Below, in pieces: positions 54,809 through 64,000 of a stretch of 64,000 nucleotides of DNA. A program made the position numbers and the translations under genes. Position 1 is the stretch's first letter. Each line of letters opens with the position of its first letter. Source of the DNA: Lachnospiraceae bacterium (lineage in GTDB: Bacteria; Bacillota; Clostridia; Lachnospirales; Lachnospiraceae); the NCBI GenBank assembly GCA_029338735.1, contig JAQYAY010000038.1, forward strand, positions 3,669 to 67,668, written 5' to 3'. The notes beneath the pieces are model-generated. The model was not told the origin of the DNA. It worked only from the letters and a program-made list of their open reading frames with translations, and searched no databases.

Positions 54809-54952
54809 CGATGATGTTGTGCCATTGAGCCGCTCGAGGCACGCTTTCGCTAATGCTTAGACGCAACGGACGCATAGGCGGCTTGAAGAACAGCCGCCAA
54901 GCGCCGGCGTCACGCTATTACCTCTCGCGACTCATGGCACACCCTCATCTCG
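54809..54952 (-). ncRNA. Candidate structured cis-acting RNA element (copy C) between glyA and serS
   Basis: It has the same architecture as copy B. The junctions are conserved: ccatgag, gacgccgg, and gcgtctaagcattagcgaaagcgtg. The stems carry compensatory differences, for example ggcggc/gccgcc against aagcagg/cctgctt. Confidence 0.5.
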
Positions 54953-54965
54953 TATATGCACCTGC

Positions 54966-56216
54966 TTAAAAGAATTTAGCTGAAAGTGGATACTTATCTG
55001 TCAGCGTCTGTATTATTGCTCTTGCAGCCGGGATTCCATCTTCCTTCTGGTTGATAACTGTAGCAATGGCTTCAGCTACCTGGTCGAAGTCATCTTCCTT
55101 AAGGCCTCTGGTCGTTGCTGCCGGAGTACCGAGACGGATTCCTGAGGTCACAAACGGGCTCTTCGGATCGTTCGGAACTGTGTTCTTATTGGCTGTGATA
55201 TGAGCCTCATCAAGCCATGTCTCAACCTCTTTACCAGTCAGATCCTTATTGATCAGATCTACGAGCATCAGATGGTTGTCAGTACCGCCGGATACGATAT
55301 CCACTCCTCTGCTCATTAGTCCCTTTGAAAGAGACTGTGCATTCAGAATGATCTGATGCGCATATTCCTTGAATTCAGGAGTCATGGCTTCCTTGAAGCA
55401 CACTGCCTTGGCTGCGATGACATGCATCAGAGGGCCTCCCTGGATTCCAGGGAATACAGCCTTATTGAGCTTGTACTTCTTGCTGGCTTCCTCTGTAGCA
55501 AGGATGAGTCCGCCTCTTGGTCCACGAAGAGTCTTGTGCGTAGTAGTCGTCACAATGTCCGCGTATGGAACTGGTGACTGATGATATCCTGTTGCCACAA
55601 GACCAGCGATATGAGCCATATCAACCATGAGAACAGCTCCGACCTCATGTGCAATCTCAGCGAACCTCTTGAAATCAATTGCTCTTGCATATGCAGATGC
55701 ACCGGCAATGATCATCTTCGGCTTGCACTCTTTTGCAATAGCCTCTACCTTGTCATAATCGATGAATCCCTGATCATTGACTCCATAAGGAACAATATGG
55801 AAATAATGTCCTGAGAAATTGGCCGGTGAACCATGAGTCAGATGACCGCCGTGATCAAGGCTCATACCCATGATCGTATCTCCAGGCTCACATACTGCGT
55901 ACTCAACAGCCATATTAGCCTGAGCACCAGAATGCGGCTGGACATTGGCATACTCGGCACCGAAGAGCTTCTTCGCACGGTCTCTGGCAAGATCCTCGAT
56001 GATATCGACTTTCTCGCATCCACCATAATACCTGTGACCTGGATAGCCCTCAGCATACTTATTTGTGAGAATGCTTCCCATCGCACTCATTACAGCTGGA
56101 CTCACCCAGTTCTCAGATGCGATCAGCTCAATGTGGCTGGCCTGCCTGTCATATTCCTCACAGATAGCCTGTGCAACTTCCGGGTCTTCATTCCTGATGT
56201 CGTCAATAGTGTACAT
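54966..56216 (-). CDS. glyA: Serine hydroxymethyltransferase
   Basis: 416 aa. The PLP-lysine context is [14 protein letters not shown]. Confidence 0.95.
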   Translation of the reverse strand: MYTIDDIRNEDPEVAQAICEEYDRQASHIELIASENWVSPAVMSAMGSILTNKYAEGYPGHRYYGGCEKVDIIEDLARDRAKKLFGAEYANVQPHSGAQANMAVEYAVCEPGDTIMGMSLDHGGHLTHGSPANFSGHYFHIVPYGVNDQGFIDYDKVEAIAKECKPKMIIAGASAYARAIDFKRFAEIAHEVGAVLMVDMAHIAGLVATGYHQSPVPYADIVTTTTHKTLRGPRGGLILATEEASKKYKLNKAVFPGIQGGPLMHVIAAKAVCFKEAMTPEFKEYAHQIILNAQSLSKGLMSRGVDIVSGGTDNHLMLVDLINKDLTGKEVETWLDEAHITANKNTVPNDPKSPFVTSGIRLGTPAATTRGLKEDDFDQVAEAIATVINQKEDGIPAARAIIQTLTDKYPLSAKFF

Positions 56217-56230
56217 AACATTTCTCCTTT

Positions 56231-56258
56231 TAAAAAAGGCCGGGATTGGCCCGGCCTC
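56231..56258 (-). terminator. Terminator-like hairpin after secDF, abutting the glyA RBS
   Basis: On the minus strand the sequence is gaggccggg-ccaa-tcccggcc, then tttttt, directly followed by AAAAGGAGAAATGTT-ATG. Confidence 0.6.
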
Positions 56259-56262
56259 AAAC

Positions 56263-58629
56263 TTATACTATAGCACCGTTATTATACTTGTTCGGCTTTG
56301 TAACCGGCTTCTTTTTTTTCTTACGTGCATTAGGTCCCTGCTTCGTATCTTCCTCAGCCTGATGGCCAATGTGTGCACGAGCAATGTACCAGAGCGGTGT
56401 AGCGATAAAGATTGATGAATAAGTACCGCAGACAACTCCGACGAGAAGTGGGAATGCGAATTCCCTGATCGAAGATACTCCGAGGATCAGGAGCATGATG
56501 ATCGTAAGAGCCGTCGTGAATGAAGTACTCAGAGATCTGGTAAGAGTCTCAGTAACAGATCTGTCTGAAATCTCAGAAAGAACTGCCGGTGTCTTCTGCT
56601 TGCTTGTGTTGCGGAGATTCTCACGTATACGGTCAAATACGACTATAGTATCGTTGATTGAATAACCGATGATCGTCAGGATACATGCAACGAATGCAGA
56701 ACCGACTGAAAGTCTGAATACTGCATATACACCGAGTGTTACAAGTACATCGTGGCAGAGAGCAAGTACAGCAGATGTAGCGAATCTTATATCACGGAAT
56801 CTGAACCAGATGTAGATCAGGATGCAGATTACTGAAACGATTACTGCTATGATAGAAGTACGTCTCATCTCACCCGAGATTGTACCACTGATGTTCTGAG
56901 TCTGTACATCTGACTCCTTGACACCAAAACTCTTTTCGAGACGCTTGTTCAGGTCTTCTCTTTCATCAAGATCAAGAGTACGTGTCTTGAAGATGACCTG
57001 ATTGCCTCCGGTTACCTTCTGGCTCTGTACGTTTGCATCCTTGGTTACTTTTTCAATTACAGGAACTATCTGCTCATCGATCTGCTCTATAGTATAATTC
57101 TTGCTGAAATTAACAGTCGTTGAAGTACCACCTGAGAACTCAAGTGAATAGTTCAGGGCCTTTCCTGTAGTAGCTTTGTATCCGATCATTCCGATGATAC
57201 CAGCTGCTATCACACAGATTGAAATACCGAAGAAAATAGCTTTCTTCTGGATCAGCGGGAGTGTCTTGATATTCCACAGATGACCATAAATCTTTGCGTT
57301 CTGGCAGCCGAAGCTGTAGAACGAATTCATCAGACCTCTTGTAACGAAGAGTGCTGTAAACATCGACAGGCAGGTACCAAGTCCAAGGGTAATAGCGAAT
57401 CCCTTTACAGTACCGGTTCCGATGACTCCGAGCACAAATGCCACGATAAGGGTCGTGATATTACCATCGAGGATGGCTGAGAGCGCTCTTCTGAATCCTG
57501 TATCAATAGCAGCACGTACAGTACGTCCGGCAGCGATCTCCTCCTTGATTCGGGAGAAAATAATGACGTTCGCATCCACGGCCATACCGATACTAAGGAT
57601 AATACCTGCAATACCCGGAAGGGTCAGCGTGATATCGAAAACCTGAAGGATGCTTATTATAAGCTCTGTATAAAGAATAAGGGCAAGAGATGCCATTGCA
57701 CCCGGGAACAGATAGGCAATGCACATGAATACCATTACGAGCAGAAGACCGATGCCTGCTGCAAGAAGAGAAGTCTTCAAGGCATTTGAACCGAGCTGTG
57801 CTCCTACGATCTCTGACTGGATCTCCTTGAGCTTGATATCGAGTCCGCCGATACGGATGTATGATGCAAGGTTCTGAGCCTCTTCAATATCTCTCATTCC
57901 TTCGATGACACAGTTACCATCTGCAATCTCTTCTTTAACAGTAGGAACTGAAACGAAATTGCCATCATAATAGATACCAATTGTATCATTATTGTCTGCA
58001 GCAGCCTCTTTGGCAGCTTCTGCAAATGCCTCAGCACCTTTACTCTTAAGGGAAATAGAAACAACCGGCTCACGGTTTCCTGTAGAGCTCTTCTGCTGAT
58101 ATGTAGCCTGAGCACTCTTTACCTGGGAACCGTCAAGGACAATTGATCCGTCCTTCTGAAGACTCTCGATCGTGACTCCGTCAGCAAGCTTGTACTGACC
58201 AGTGGTCTTATCAAGTGTATAGTTCTCAGATCCTGATGAACTCTTATGCTTGATGAAATACAGATCACCAGGAGTTCCGAGCTGTTCAAGGATGCTGTTG
58301 GCGTCCTTTACACCAGGAATCTCGACTGCGATTCTGTCATCGCCCATCTGGTATACATTAGCTTCTGTTGTATTGGACTCACTTCCGAGATCATTTTCGA
58401 TACGCTTCTGCAGTTTGTAGATTGTATCGTTGATCTGAGTCTTGGTAGCCTTCCCCTGGATCTGGTAGGTGATAGATGCACCACCAGCAAGGTCAAGACC
58501 GAGCTTTAAGCTGTTCTTTCCATTTCGCAGGGTGTCGTGAAGGACGGTGATTGAAAACCATCCTAAGAATACTACCGCTGCAAGGAAGGCGCATAAAAAT
58601 GCGACTGATTTTCCCTTCTTTGGTTTCAT
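56263..58629 (-). CDS. secDF: Fused protein-export membrane protein SecDF
   Basis: 788 aa. The SecD half has a periplasmic P1 domain plus 6 TM. The SecF half has a further 6 TM. The C-terminal tail is Lys-rich. Confidence 0.9.
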   Translation of the reverse strand: MKPKKGKSVAFLCAFLAAVVFLGWFSITVLHDTLRNGKNSLKLGLDLAGGASITYQIQGKATKTQINDTIYKLQKRIENDLGSESNTTEANVYQMGDDRIAVEIPGVKDANSILEQLGTPGDLYFIKHKSSSGSENYTLDKTTGQYKLADGVTIESLQKDGSIVLDGSQVKSAQATYQQKSSTGNREPVVSISLKSKGAEAFAEAAKEAAADNNDTIGIYYDGNFVSVPTVKEEIADGNCVIEGMRDIEEAQNLASYIRIGGLDIKLKEIQSEIVGAQLGSNALKTSLLAAGIGLLLVMVFMCIAYLFPGAMASLALILYTELIISILQVFDITLTLPGIAGIILSIGMAVDANVIIFSRIKEEIAAGRTVRAAIDTGFRRALSAILDGNITTLIVAFVLGVIGTGTVKGFAITLGLGTCLSMFTALFVTRGLMNSFYSFGCQNAKIYGHLWNIKTLPLIQKKAIFFGISICVIAAGIIGMIGYKATTGKALNYSLEFSGGTSTTVNFSKNYTIEQIDEQIVPVIEKVTKDANVQSQKVTGGNQVIFKTRTLDLDEREDLNKRLEKSFGVKESDVQTQNISGTISGEMRRTSIIAVIVSVICILIYIWFRFRDIRFATSAVLALCHDVLVTLGVYAVFRLSVGSAFVACILTIIGYSINDTIVVFDRIRENLRNTSKQKTPAVLSEISDRSVTETLTRSLSTSFTTALTIIMLLILGVSSIREFAFPLLVGVVCGTYSSIFIATPLWYIARAHIGHQAEEDTKQGPNARKKKKKPVTKPNKYNNGAIV

Positions 58630-58653
58630 TTTTAATTTACACTCCTTGTTACA

Positions 58654-60063
58654 TTATACAGTTTTTTCTTTACTCTCCTGAAGCTTCGCATCCTTTTCGG
58701 CACACGCAGCTTTTATCATGATTGCGCACTCGATTCTCTTCTTCTCGAGTGCACAGCCAATCTCATATACATCACGGAGATTGCCCGTGAAATTGTATGC
58801 ATTCGCAGTGCATCCGCCGCTGCAGTAGAACTTCGCAAAGCACTTCCTGCATTTAGGCCTTGAATATACATTGCAGCCCTTGAACTCGGTCACGATGTCC
58901 TGACGGCTGATGCCATCCCATACATTTCCGATCTTGAAATCCGGTTTTCCGACAAACTGATGACACGGAAAAATGCTTCCATCCGGGGTCACCGACACAT
59001 ACTCTGTGCCTGAGCCACAGCCTGAAAGCCTCTTATAAACACAAGGTCCGCCTTCGAGATCGATCATGAAATGGAAGAAATTGAACTCTCTGTCAGTTCC
59101 ATGACGTTCAACCATTTCCCTGGCCAGGATATCGTACTGCTCTTCAAGTACCGGAATATCCTCAGGTCTCAGTGAATAGTCTGCTTCTGGTGGAGCCACA
59201 ACAGGCTCGATGCTTATCTGTCTGAAACCGAGATCAGCCATTGCGAGAATATCTTTTGCAAAATCGAGATTGTATCTCGTATATGTGCCCCTGACATAAT
59301 ACTGCTTGCCAAGCTTCTCGCGCATTGCTGCGAACTTCTGATACTTCGGAACGATGATATCCCATGTAGTATCGCCATTATGGAATGGTCTCATGTGGTC
59401 ATGGACCTCCTTACGGCCATCAATGGACATTACGACATTGTCCATCTCCTGATTGGCAAAATCCATGATCTCGTCATTTAAGAGAATTCCATTGGTAGTG
59501 AATGTGAAACGGAAATTCTTGTCACACTCTTTCTCACGGCTTCTTCCATATGCTACGAGCTTCTTTACGACATCAAAATTAAGCGTCGGCTCACCACCAA
59601 AAAAATCCACTTCCAGATTCTTTCTGTGACCCGAATTCGCTATCAGAAAATCAAGTGCCGCCTTTCCTGTCTCATAGCTCATGAGCTCTGCCTTCTTACC
59701 AAAATACAGACCTTCGTCTGCAAAGCAGTACCGGCAGCTCAGATTGCACGCATGTGCGACATTTAAGCACATGGCCTTCACGACTGTAGGTCTCTTCGTA
59801 TAGTCAATCACACGATTCTCATATGGATCTACAGTAAAAAGAGCATTCTGATTCTTCAGCTCCGTGATCTCATCGTATGCTTCCTCAATATCCTGCTGTG
59901 ATTCGCCAGGATACTTCTCCACTATTTCAGAAATGACTTTTTCTCTCGGCTTCTCCTCGTATTCACTGATCATATCATAAGTGGGATCATCAACTACATG
60001 AATAGCCCCTGAATTCACATCCAGGACGATGTCGTACCCATTATTCTTATACTGGTGAATCAA
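58654..60063 (-). CDS. Radical SAM/SPASM maturase of the SCIFF peptide
   Basis: 469 aa. The CxxxCxxC motif is CNLSCRYC. The C-terminus is a Cys-rich SPASM domain. It lies immediately downstream of the SCIFF precursor. Confidence 0.85.
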   Translation of the reverse strand: MIHQYKNNGYDIVLDVNSGAIHVVDDPTYDMISEYEEKPREKVISEIVEKYPGESQQDIEEAYDEITELKNQNALFTVDPYENRVIDYTKRPTVVKAMCLNVAHACNLSCRYCFADEGLYFGKKAELMSYETGKAALDFLIANSGHRKNLEVDFFGGEPTLNFDVVKKLVAYGRSREKECDKNFRFTFTTNGILLNDEIMDFANQEMDNVVMSIDGRKEVHDHMRPFHNGDTTWDIIVPKYQKFAAMREKLGKQYYVRGTYTRYNLDFAKDILAMADLGFRQISIEPVVAPPEADYSLRPEDIPVLEEQYDILAREMVERHGTDREFNFFHFMIDLEGGPCVYKRLSGCGSGTEYVSVTPDGSIFPCHQFVGKPDFKIGNVWDGISRQDIVTEFKGCNVYSRPKCRKCFAKFYCSGGCTANAYNFTGNLRDVYEIGCALEKKRIECAIMIKAACAEKDAKLQESKEKTV

Positions 60064-60090
60064 AGTAAAAACCTCTATATACTTTTCTTT

Positions 60091-60240
60091 TTATTTCTGT
60101 GCAGGATTCTCGCAGTGCTGATTTCCTACTGTGCAGCTGGTCTTGCATGCTGACTGGCATGAAGTCTGGCACTCACCGCATCCGCCGTGCTGCATTGTGT
60201 TCTGAAGTCTCTTTTCATTTAATGTCTTGATGTGTTTCAT
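60091..60240 (-). CDS. SCIFF (six cysteines in forty-five residues) ribosomal peptide precursor
   Basis: Absent from the ORF track (49 aa). The product is MKHIKTLNEKRLQNTMQHGGCGECQTSCQSACKTSCTVGNQHCENPAQK*. The GGCGECQTSCQSACKTSCTVGNQ core is the family signature. Confidence 0.85.
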   Translation of the reverse strand: MKHIKTLNEKRLQNTMQHGGCGECQTSCQSACKTSCTVGNQHCENPAQK

Positions 60241-60321
60241 AATAATATCCTTTCTTATAAAGATTCTTCGTTAAAACATACTGTAAAACTATAACACAAC
60301 TCCCGAAAAAATGGAAGTGTT

Positions 60322-61443
60322 TTATTTCTCATTGACTGTCGCATTATCGACGCAGAAATCAAGGGCCTTATTGACTCTGTATATCATCTGCAGATATTTC
60401 CTGCCCGATGCCTTGCTGCTGCCGTAGCTCTCATATACATCGTCAGCTGTTGATCCGGACGGAGTCAGTGTCTTGATATAACTGTCAAAACCGCTCTCGT
60501 CAAACTTTATGTTTTCCTTATCGGCTATGGCTGTGAAGACAAGCTCTGTTGTCACATTCTTCTCAACAGCCGATCTGATACTCTTATTGAACTTCTCTTC
60601 TGTTGTACCGTACTGCTTCAGGAAGGCGCTCCACTGTTCCTTTGTGATACCATTCTGAGACATGTACTGATCCTTCAGATTTTCCATTCTCTCATTAATA
60701 AGACCCTTTGGGAACTTTTTCACCTTGCTGTTCTTCTCAACAGCATCCATCACCAGCTGTCTGGCTTCTGATTCCTTGTCTGACTCATTGCTCTCCTTAA
60801 GCTTCTTTTTAGCATAGTCAAAGAAGGCGTCCTTTGAGTCAACATTGAAATTCTTTTTGAGGAAGTCTGTATCAACTGAGTCAAGACTGGCTTTTTTGCA
60901 GATGTAGTTCACTTTAAACTCAAACGTAACCTCCTGGCCGGCCAGATCGGTTGACTGATAGTCATCAGGGAAGGTGACTTTTGAATCAACTGTGTCTCCG
61001 ACCTTAGCTCCTACAAGTCCGTCTGTAAATCCGTCTATATAGCTTGTTCCACTTGAGGCATCCTGATTGTTGGCGACATCAATTGTCACATCTTCTGCCG
61101 AGCCATTATCGAATGCAACTCCATCCTTCATACCCTTATAGTCCACATTGACTATGGAATCCTTCCTGACAGTCGTCTGGCTGTCATCCTTCGTATAGCC
61201 GCCGGCATTCGTAATGAGTGTCTCCTCGTAATCCTTTACAGCTGCATCATCTTCCTTGTAGGTCTTCGTCAGAGTCACAGTGACACCCTTATAATTGCCA
61301 AGGGTCACATAGTCTGAAGCATTATAACCAGCTACTGACTCAGCCTTTGAAGCATTGCCTGATGATGTCTTTGTCTGGTTCCCGCAGCCTGCTGCAAGCA
61401 CAAATGAACCTGCAATTAGTACTGCAATCACTTTCTTATTCAT
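60322..61443 (-). CDS. Lipoprotein paralogue of trigger factor (FKBP-type PPIase + TF C-terminal domain, no ribosome-binding domain)
   Basis: The start MNKKVIAVLIAGSFVLAAGC-G (a lipobox) at 61443 follows AAAGGAGA. VTFPDDYQSTDLAGQEVTFEFKVN parallels tig's [24 protein letters not shown]. Confidence 0.65.
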   Translation of the reverse strand: MNKKVIAVLIAGSFVLAAGCGNQTKTSSGNASKAESVAGYNASDYVTLGNYKGVTVTLTKTYKEDDAAVKDYEETLITNAGGYTKDDSQTTVRKDSIVNVDYKGMKDGVAFDNGSAEDVTIDVANNQDASSGTSYIDGFTDGLVGAKVGDTVDSKVTFPDDYQSTDLAGQEVTFEFKVNYICKKASLDSVDTDFLKKNFNVDSKDAFFDYAKKKLKESNESDKESEARQLVMDAVEKNSKVKKFPKGLINERMENLKDQYMSQNGITKEQWSAFLKQYGTTEEKFNKSIRSAVEKNVTTELVFTAIADKENIKFDESGFDSYIKTLTPSGSTADDVYESYGSSKASGRKYLQMIYRVNKALDFCVDNATVNEK

Positions 61444-61509
61444 AAGTAAATATCTCCTTTTCAAACAGCAGAAATTTTACCATAAAACATCTATTCTTTC
61501 AACTATGGC

Positions 61510-61538
61510 TTGATATTCGGTATCTGAAATGTTAGAAT
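61510..61538 (+). promoter_or_regulatory. Sigma-70-type promoter
   Basis: TTGATA (61510-61515), a 17-nt spacer, then TAGAAT (61533-61538). It lies 37 nt upstream of the ATG at 61576. Confidence 0.55.
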
Positions 61539-61575
61539 TGAAATGTTCTGAACAAAATTTAAAGGAGAATTTTTT

Positions 61576-62082
61576 ATGTATAGTTTTACTGTAGCTCCGG
61601 TATTTCTGGCTATCGGCCCGCTTGCGATTACTCTGATAGTCATTGCCGCAATCCTCGTAGTTGTCACTATCCTGCTCGCCATTCTCGGACGCAAGGCCCA
61701 GAAGAGACAGGCCGAGCAGCAGGAACAGATTGATGCAGTTGCACAGACCTACACAATGCTGATAATCGACAAGAAAAAGATGAAACTGACCGAGGCTGGT
61801 CTTCCTGCTTCCGTCACTGCCAATACACCATGGTATTCAAGACGTGCCAAGGCTCCTGTAGTCAAGGCCAAGGTCGGGCCAAAGGTAATGACATTCATCT
61901 GTGATCCTGAGGTTTTTGATATGATTCCTGTCCGCAAGGAGGTAAAGGCAACTGTTTCAGGCCTTTACATCAGCAAGGTTCAGGGAACCCATGGAACCCA
62001 TATCACTCCACCGGTCAAGAAAAAAAGAAGTCTTTCATCCTGGGCAAGAAGAAAGATCAGGGAAGCGCAGGATACCAAATAA
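61576..62082 (+). CDS. Hypothetical N-terminally anchored protein
   Basis: 168 aa. It has one long TM, then a basic soluble domain. The SD is AAAGGAGAA. Confidence 0.5.
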   Translation: MYSFTVAPVFLAIGPLAITLIVIAAILVVVTILLAILGRKAQKRQAEQQEQIDAVAQTYTMLIIDKKKMKLTEAGLPASVTANTPWYSRRAKAPVVKAKVGPKVMTFICDPEVFDMIPVRKEVKATVSGLYISKVQGTHGTHITPPVKKKRSLSSWARRKIREAQDTK

Positions 62083-62096
62083 TATGCATTTTAATG

Positions 62097-62121
62097 GAGC
62101 GGCTTTGGCCGCTCTTTTTTT
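62097..62121 (+). terminator. Rho-independent terminator
   Basis: The sequence is gagcggc-tttg-gccgctc followed by ttttttt. Confidence 0.75.
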
Positions 62122-62204
62122 GTTAGCTCATCCTACTTGATTTTATATGGCACATCAGTTATAATGCTCATTGTATACAGCACCGAAGAAAAAACAATTA
62201 CAGA

Positions 62205-63146
62205 TTGGTCTATTTTAGGAACAGTGAAAGGAACCATTTGAATCAGGTCATTGAAAAGGCTTATGCAAAAATAAATGTCGGCCTTCATATCACAGGCAGG
62301 CGTGACGATGGTTATCACCTGCTCTCAATGGTGATGCAGACCGTGAGTCTGTATGACAGGATTGGCATCTACAGGACTAATGAAGACGATGAGATCTCCA
62401 TGGATATGGATTATGGCGGATCACATCCTGAGGAAGACATGACCTGTGGAGATGACAATCTCTGTGTGAAGGCTGCAAGGCTTATCTGCAGCAGGCTCCC
62501 TGAGAGTCATGGATACTACATCCATCTGGTCAAGAATATTCCTGTCGCTGCCGGAATGGCCGGCGGGAGCTCTGATGCTGCCGCTGTGCTTCGCGGTATC
62601 AATGCCTTAGAAGGTGATTATTTTTCAAAGAATGAGCTCTGTGACATGGCCCTGACACTCGGTGCCGATGTCCCGTACTGTATTGACGGAGGCCTGTGTC
62701 TGTGTGAAGGGATCGGTGAGAAGCTGACGCCTGTAAATGCTGACTGGAATGCTCATATACTCCTTGCCAAGCCACCTGAGGGCGTCTCTACCCCATCCGC
62801 ATACAAATGGTCAGATGAGCATCCCAATCCTCTGCATGGCGACATAAGTGCTGTAATTGACGCTATTAAAAAGAATGATAATGAAAAGATAGGAAAAAAT
62901 ATCCACAATGACCTTGAAAATGCTGCAAAGCATTTCGTCCCTGAGATTTCCCGTATTGAGGATGTCATGGATGAAAACAATGCCGTTTTTTCAAGAGTCA
63001 CAGGAAGCGGTCCTACCGTCTTCGGAATCTTTGATTCAGAGGATGACAGGAGCAGGGCTGCTGCCGCTCTCAGGAAAAGTGAGCTGTGTGCGGATATTTT
63101 TTCAGTGGAGGCAGTAAGGCCCGACTATACAGCAGAACGGGAATAG
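62205..63146 (+). CDS. ispE: 4-diphosphocytidyl-2-C-methyl-D-erythritol kinase
   Basis: It has KINVGLHITGRRDDGYH and the GHMP motif PVAAGMAGGSSDAAA. The more likely start is TTG at 62238, after GAAAGGAAC. Confidence 0.9.
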   Translation: MVYFRNSERNHLNQVIEKAYAKINVGLHITGRRDDGYHLLSMVMQTVSLYDRIGIYRTNEDDEISMDMDYGGSHPEEDMTCGDDNLCVKAARLICSRLPESHGYYIHLVKNIPVAAGMAGGSSDAAAVLRGINALEGDYFSKNELCDMALTLGADVPYCIDGGLCLCEGIGEKLTPVNADWNAHILLAKPPEGVSTPSAYKWSDEHPNPLHGDISAVIDAIKKNDNEKIGKNIHNDLENAAKHFVPEISRIEDVMDENNAVFSRVTGSGPTVFGIFDSEDDRSRAAAALRKSELCADIFSVEAVRPDYTAERE

Positions 63147-63160
63147 AAAGGGAAATTTTT

Positions 63161-63841
63161 ATGGAACTCAAAATGGACGCAAATTCTGATATGCCGCTAC
63201 GCGACAATGTTTTCAATGCTCTGCGTGACGCAATACTCATGGGCGAGCTGAAACCTGGCGAGAGGCTGATGGAGATACATCTGGCCAATAAGCTCGGTGT
63301 ATCGAGGACTCCTATCCGTGAGGCCATCAGAATGCTCGAGCAGGAAGGTCTGGCTGTCACGATTCCAAGAAAAGGTGCCCAGGTTGCCCGAATGACCGAA
63401 AAAGACCTGCTGGATGTGCTTGAGATCCGTGACGCTCTCGACCAGCTGGCTGTCGCAGACGCCTGCGAACGTATGACAGATGAGCACTTCAGAGAACTCG
63501 AAGAGTCAGTGAAGAGCTTCATAGAAGTCACAAAGACAAAAGACGTCAGAGCTATTGTGACTGCCGATGAGGATTTTCACAATCTCATATACGAAGCCAC
63601 AAATAATCCGAAACTGCAGCAGATCACCAGGAATCTCAAGGAGCAGATGTACCGCTACAGATACGAGTACGTGAAGCAGGACAAGGATTATTCCGATCTC
63701 ATCTCCGACCACACGAAGATCATTGACGGTCTCAGGAGAAAAGATGTGGAATACGTGAAGTCCGTGATGCATGAGCACCTGCAGAATCAGGTGAATTCTG
63801 TCAAGAAAGTCATCCGCGAGCAGAACGAGGACATGAACTGA
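63161..63841 (+). CDS. GntR family transcriptional regulator (FadR/FCD subfamily)
   Basis: The start MELKMDAN is at 63161; the track ORF is extended to 63086. The wHTH is GERLMEIHLANKLGVSRTPIREAIRMLEQEGL. The C-terminus is a helical FCD domain. Confidence 0.85.
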   Translation: MELKMDANSDMPLRDNVFNALRDAILMGELKPGERLMEIHLANKLGVSRTPIREAIRMLEQEGLAVTIPRKGAQVARMTEKDLLDVLEIRDALDQLAVADACERMTDEHFRELEESVKSFIEVTKTKDVRAIVTADEDFHNLIYEATNNPKLQQITRNLKEQMYRYRYEYVKQDKDYSDLISDHTKIIDGLRRKDVEYVKSVMHEHLQNQVNSVKKVIREQNEDMN

Positions 63842-64000
63842 TGGCTTTCGATGTAAAGGTGCACCTCAAGTCGGTTCAGAAGGCTGACAATATGGCGGAT
63901 ATCAATCACACCGATACAGATGGACGGCTGTCTGTATCTTCCGGCAACAGATTCCTGCTGCGTTTTGATACAACTGACGAAAACGGCGGTGTGACTTCTA
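63841..64000 (+). CDS. Hypothetical protein, 5' part (possibly DUF1934-like beta-barrel)
   Basis: The ATG overlaps the GntR stop (TGATG). The sequence is MAFDVKVHLKSVQKADNMADINHTDTDGRLSVSSGNRFLLRFDTTDENGG... It runs off the window. Confidence 0.35.
   Translation, partial: MAFDVKVHLKSVQKADNMADINHTDTDGRLSVSSGNRFLLRFDTTDENGGVTS

Noticed and set aside
54788-54965. T-box riboswitch upstream of serS (and in the cysE leader at 4542-4800)
   Set aside because: - No T-box sequence (AAnnnGGGUGGnACCGCG) is present, and I could not identify a specifier-loop/AGAGA arrangement.
- The serS leader has no terminator/antiterminator pair.
1-64000. Prophage, IS element, integrase or restriction-modification island
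   Set aside because: - No integrase, transposase, recombinase or phage structural ORF was seen in any frame.
- The tRNA cluster is not followed by foreign-looking genes.

Overview
This 64-kb window looks like chromosomal sequence from a butyrate-producing Clostridia (Lachnospiraceae-like) bacterium; the taxon is an inference from gene content and protein similarity. About 90% of genes lie on the minus strand.

The core content is housekeeping:
- rny (5' part), an orphan pilB-pilT ATPase pair, and cysE.
- tig-clpP-clpX-engB.
- purE-purM-purN-purD and pyrC-pyrF-pyrK-pyrD-pyrE.
- The butyryl-CoA operon thl-hbd-bcd-etfB-etfA.
- A five-tRNA operon (Glu, Met/Ile-CAU, Asp, Leu, Arg).
- serS, glyA, secDF, a SCIFF peptide with its radical-SAM maturase, and ispE.

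Four things stand out:
1. A compact, tightly coupled Tad/Flp-like pilus-type operon (30310-40308, minus strand). It encodes a CpaF/TadA-like ATPase and a fused TadB/C-like membrane protein. Four small proteins share a near-leaderless Flp-like N-terminus, one of them a 35-aa ORF missing from the ORF track. A 1837-aa secreted giant ends the operon. No prepilin peptidase, TadZ or sortase signal is present in the window.
2. A family of about 140-nt three-way-junction structured elements. Their stems co-vary between copies (upstream of an alpha/beta hydrolase, and between glyA and serS). There is also one truncated copy and a divergent relative in the cysE leader.
3. Intergenic inverted arrays of 7-nt periodic units inside the pur and butyrate operons.
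4. One such hairpin element carries a four-helix-bundle (23S rRNA IVS-protein family) gene between thl and hbd.

All calls come from reading the sequence and ORF translations by eye. No database search or folding program was run.
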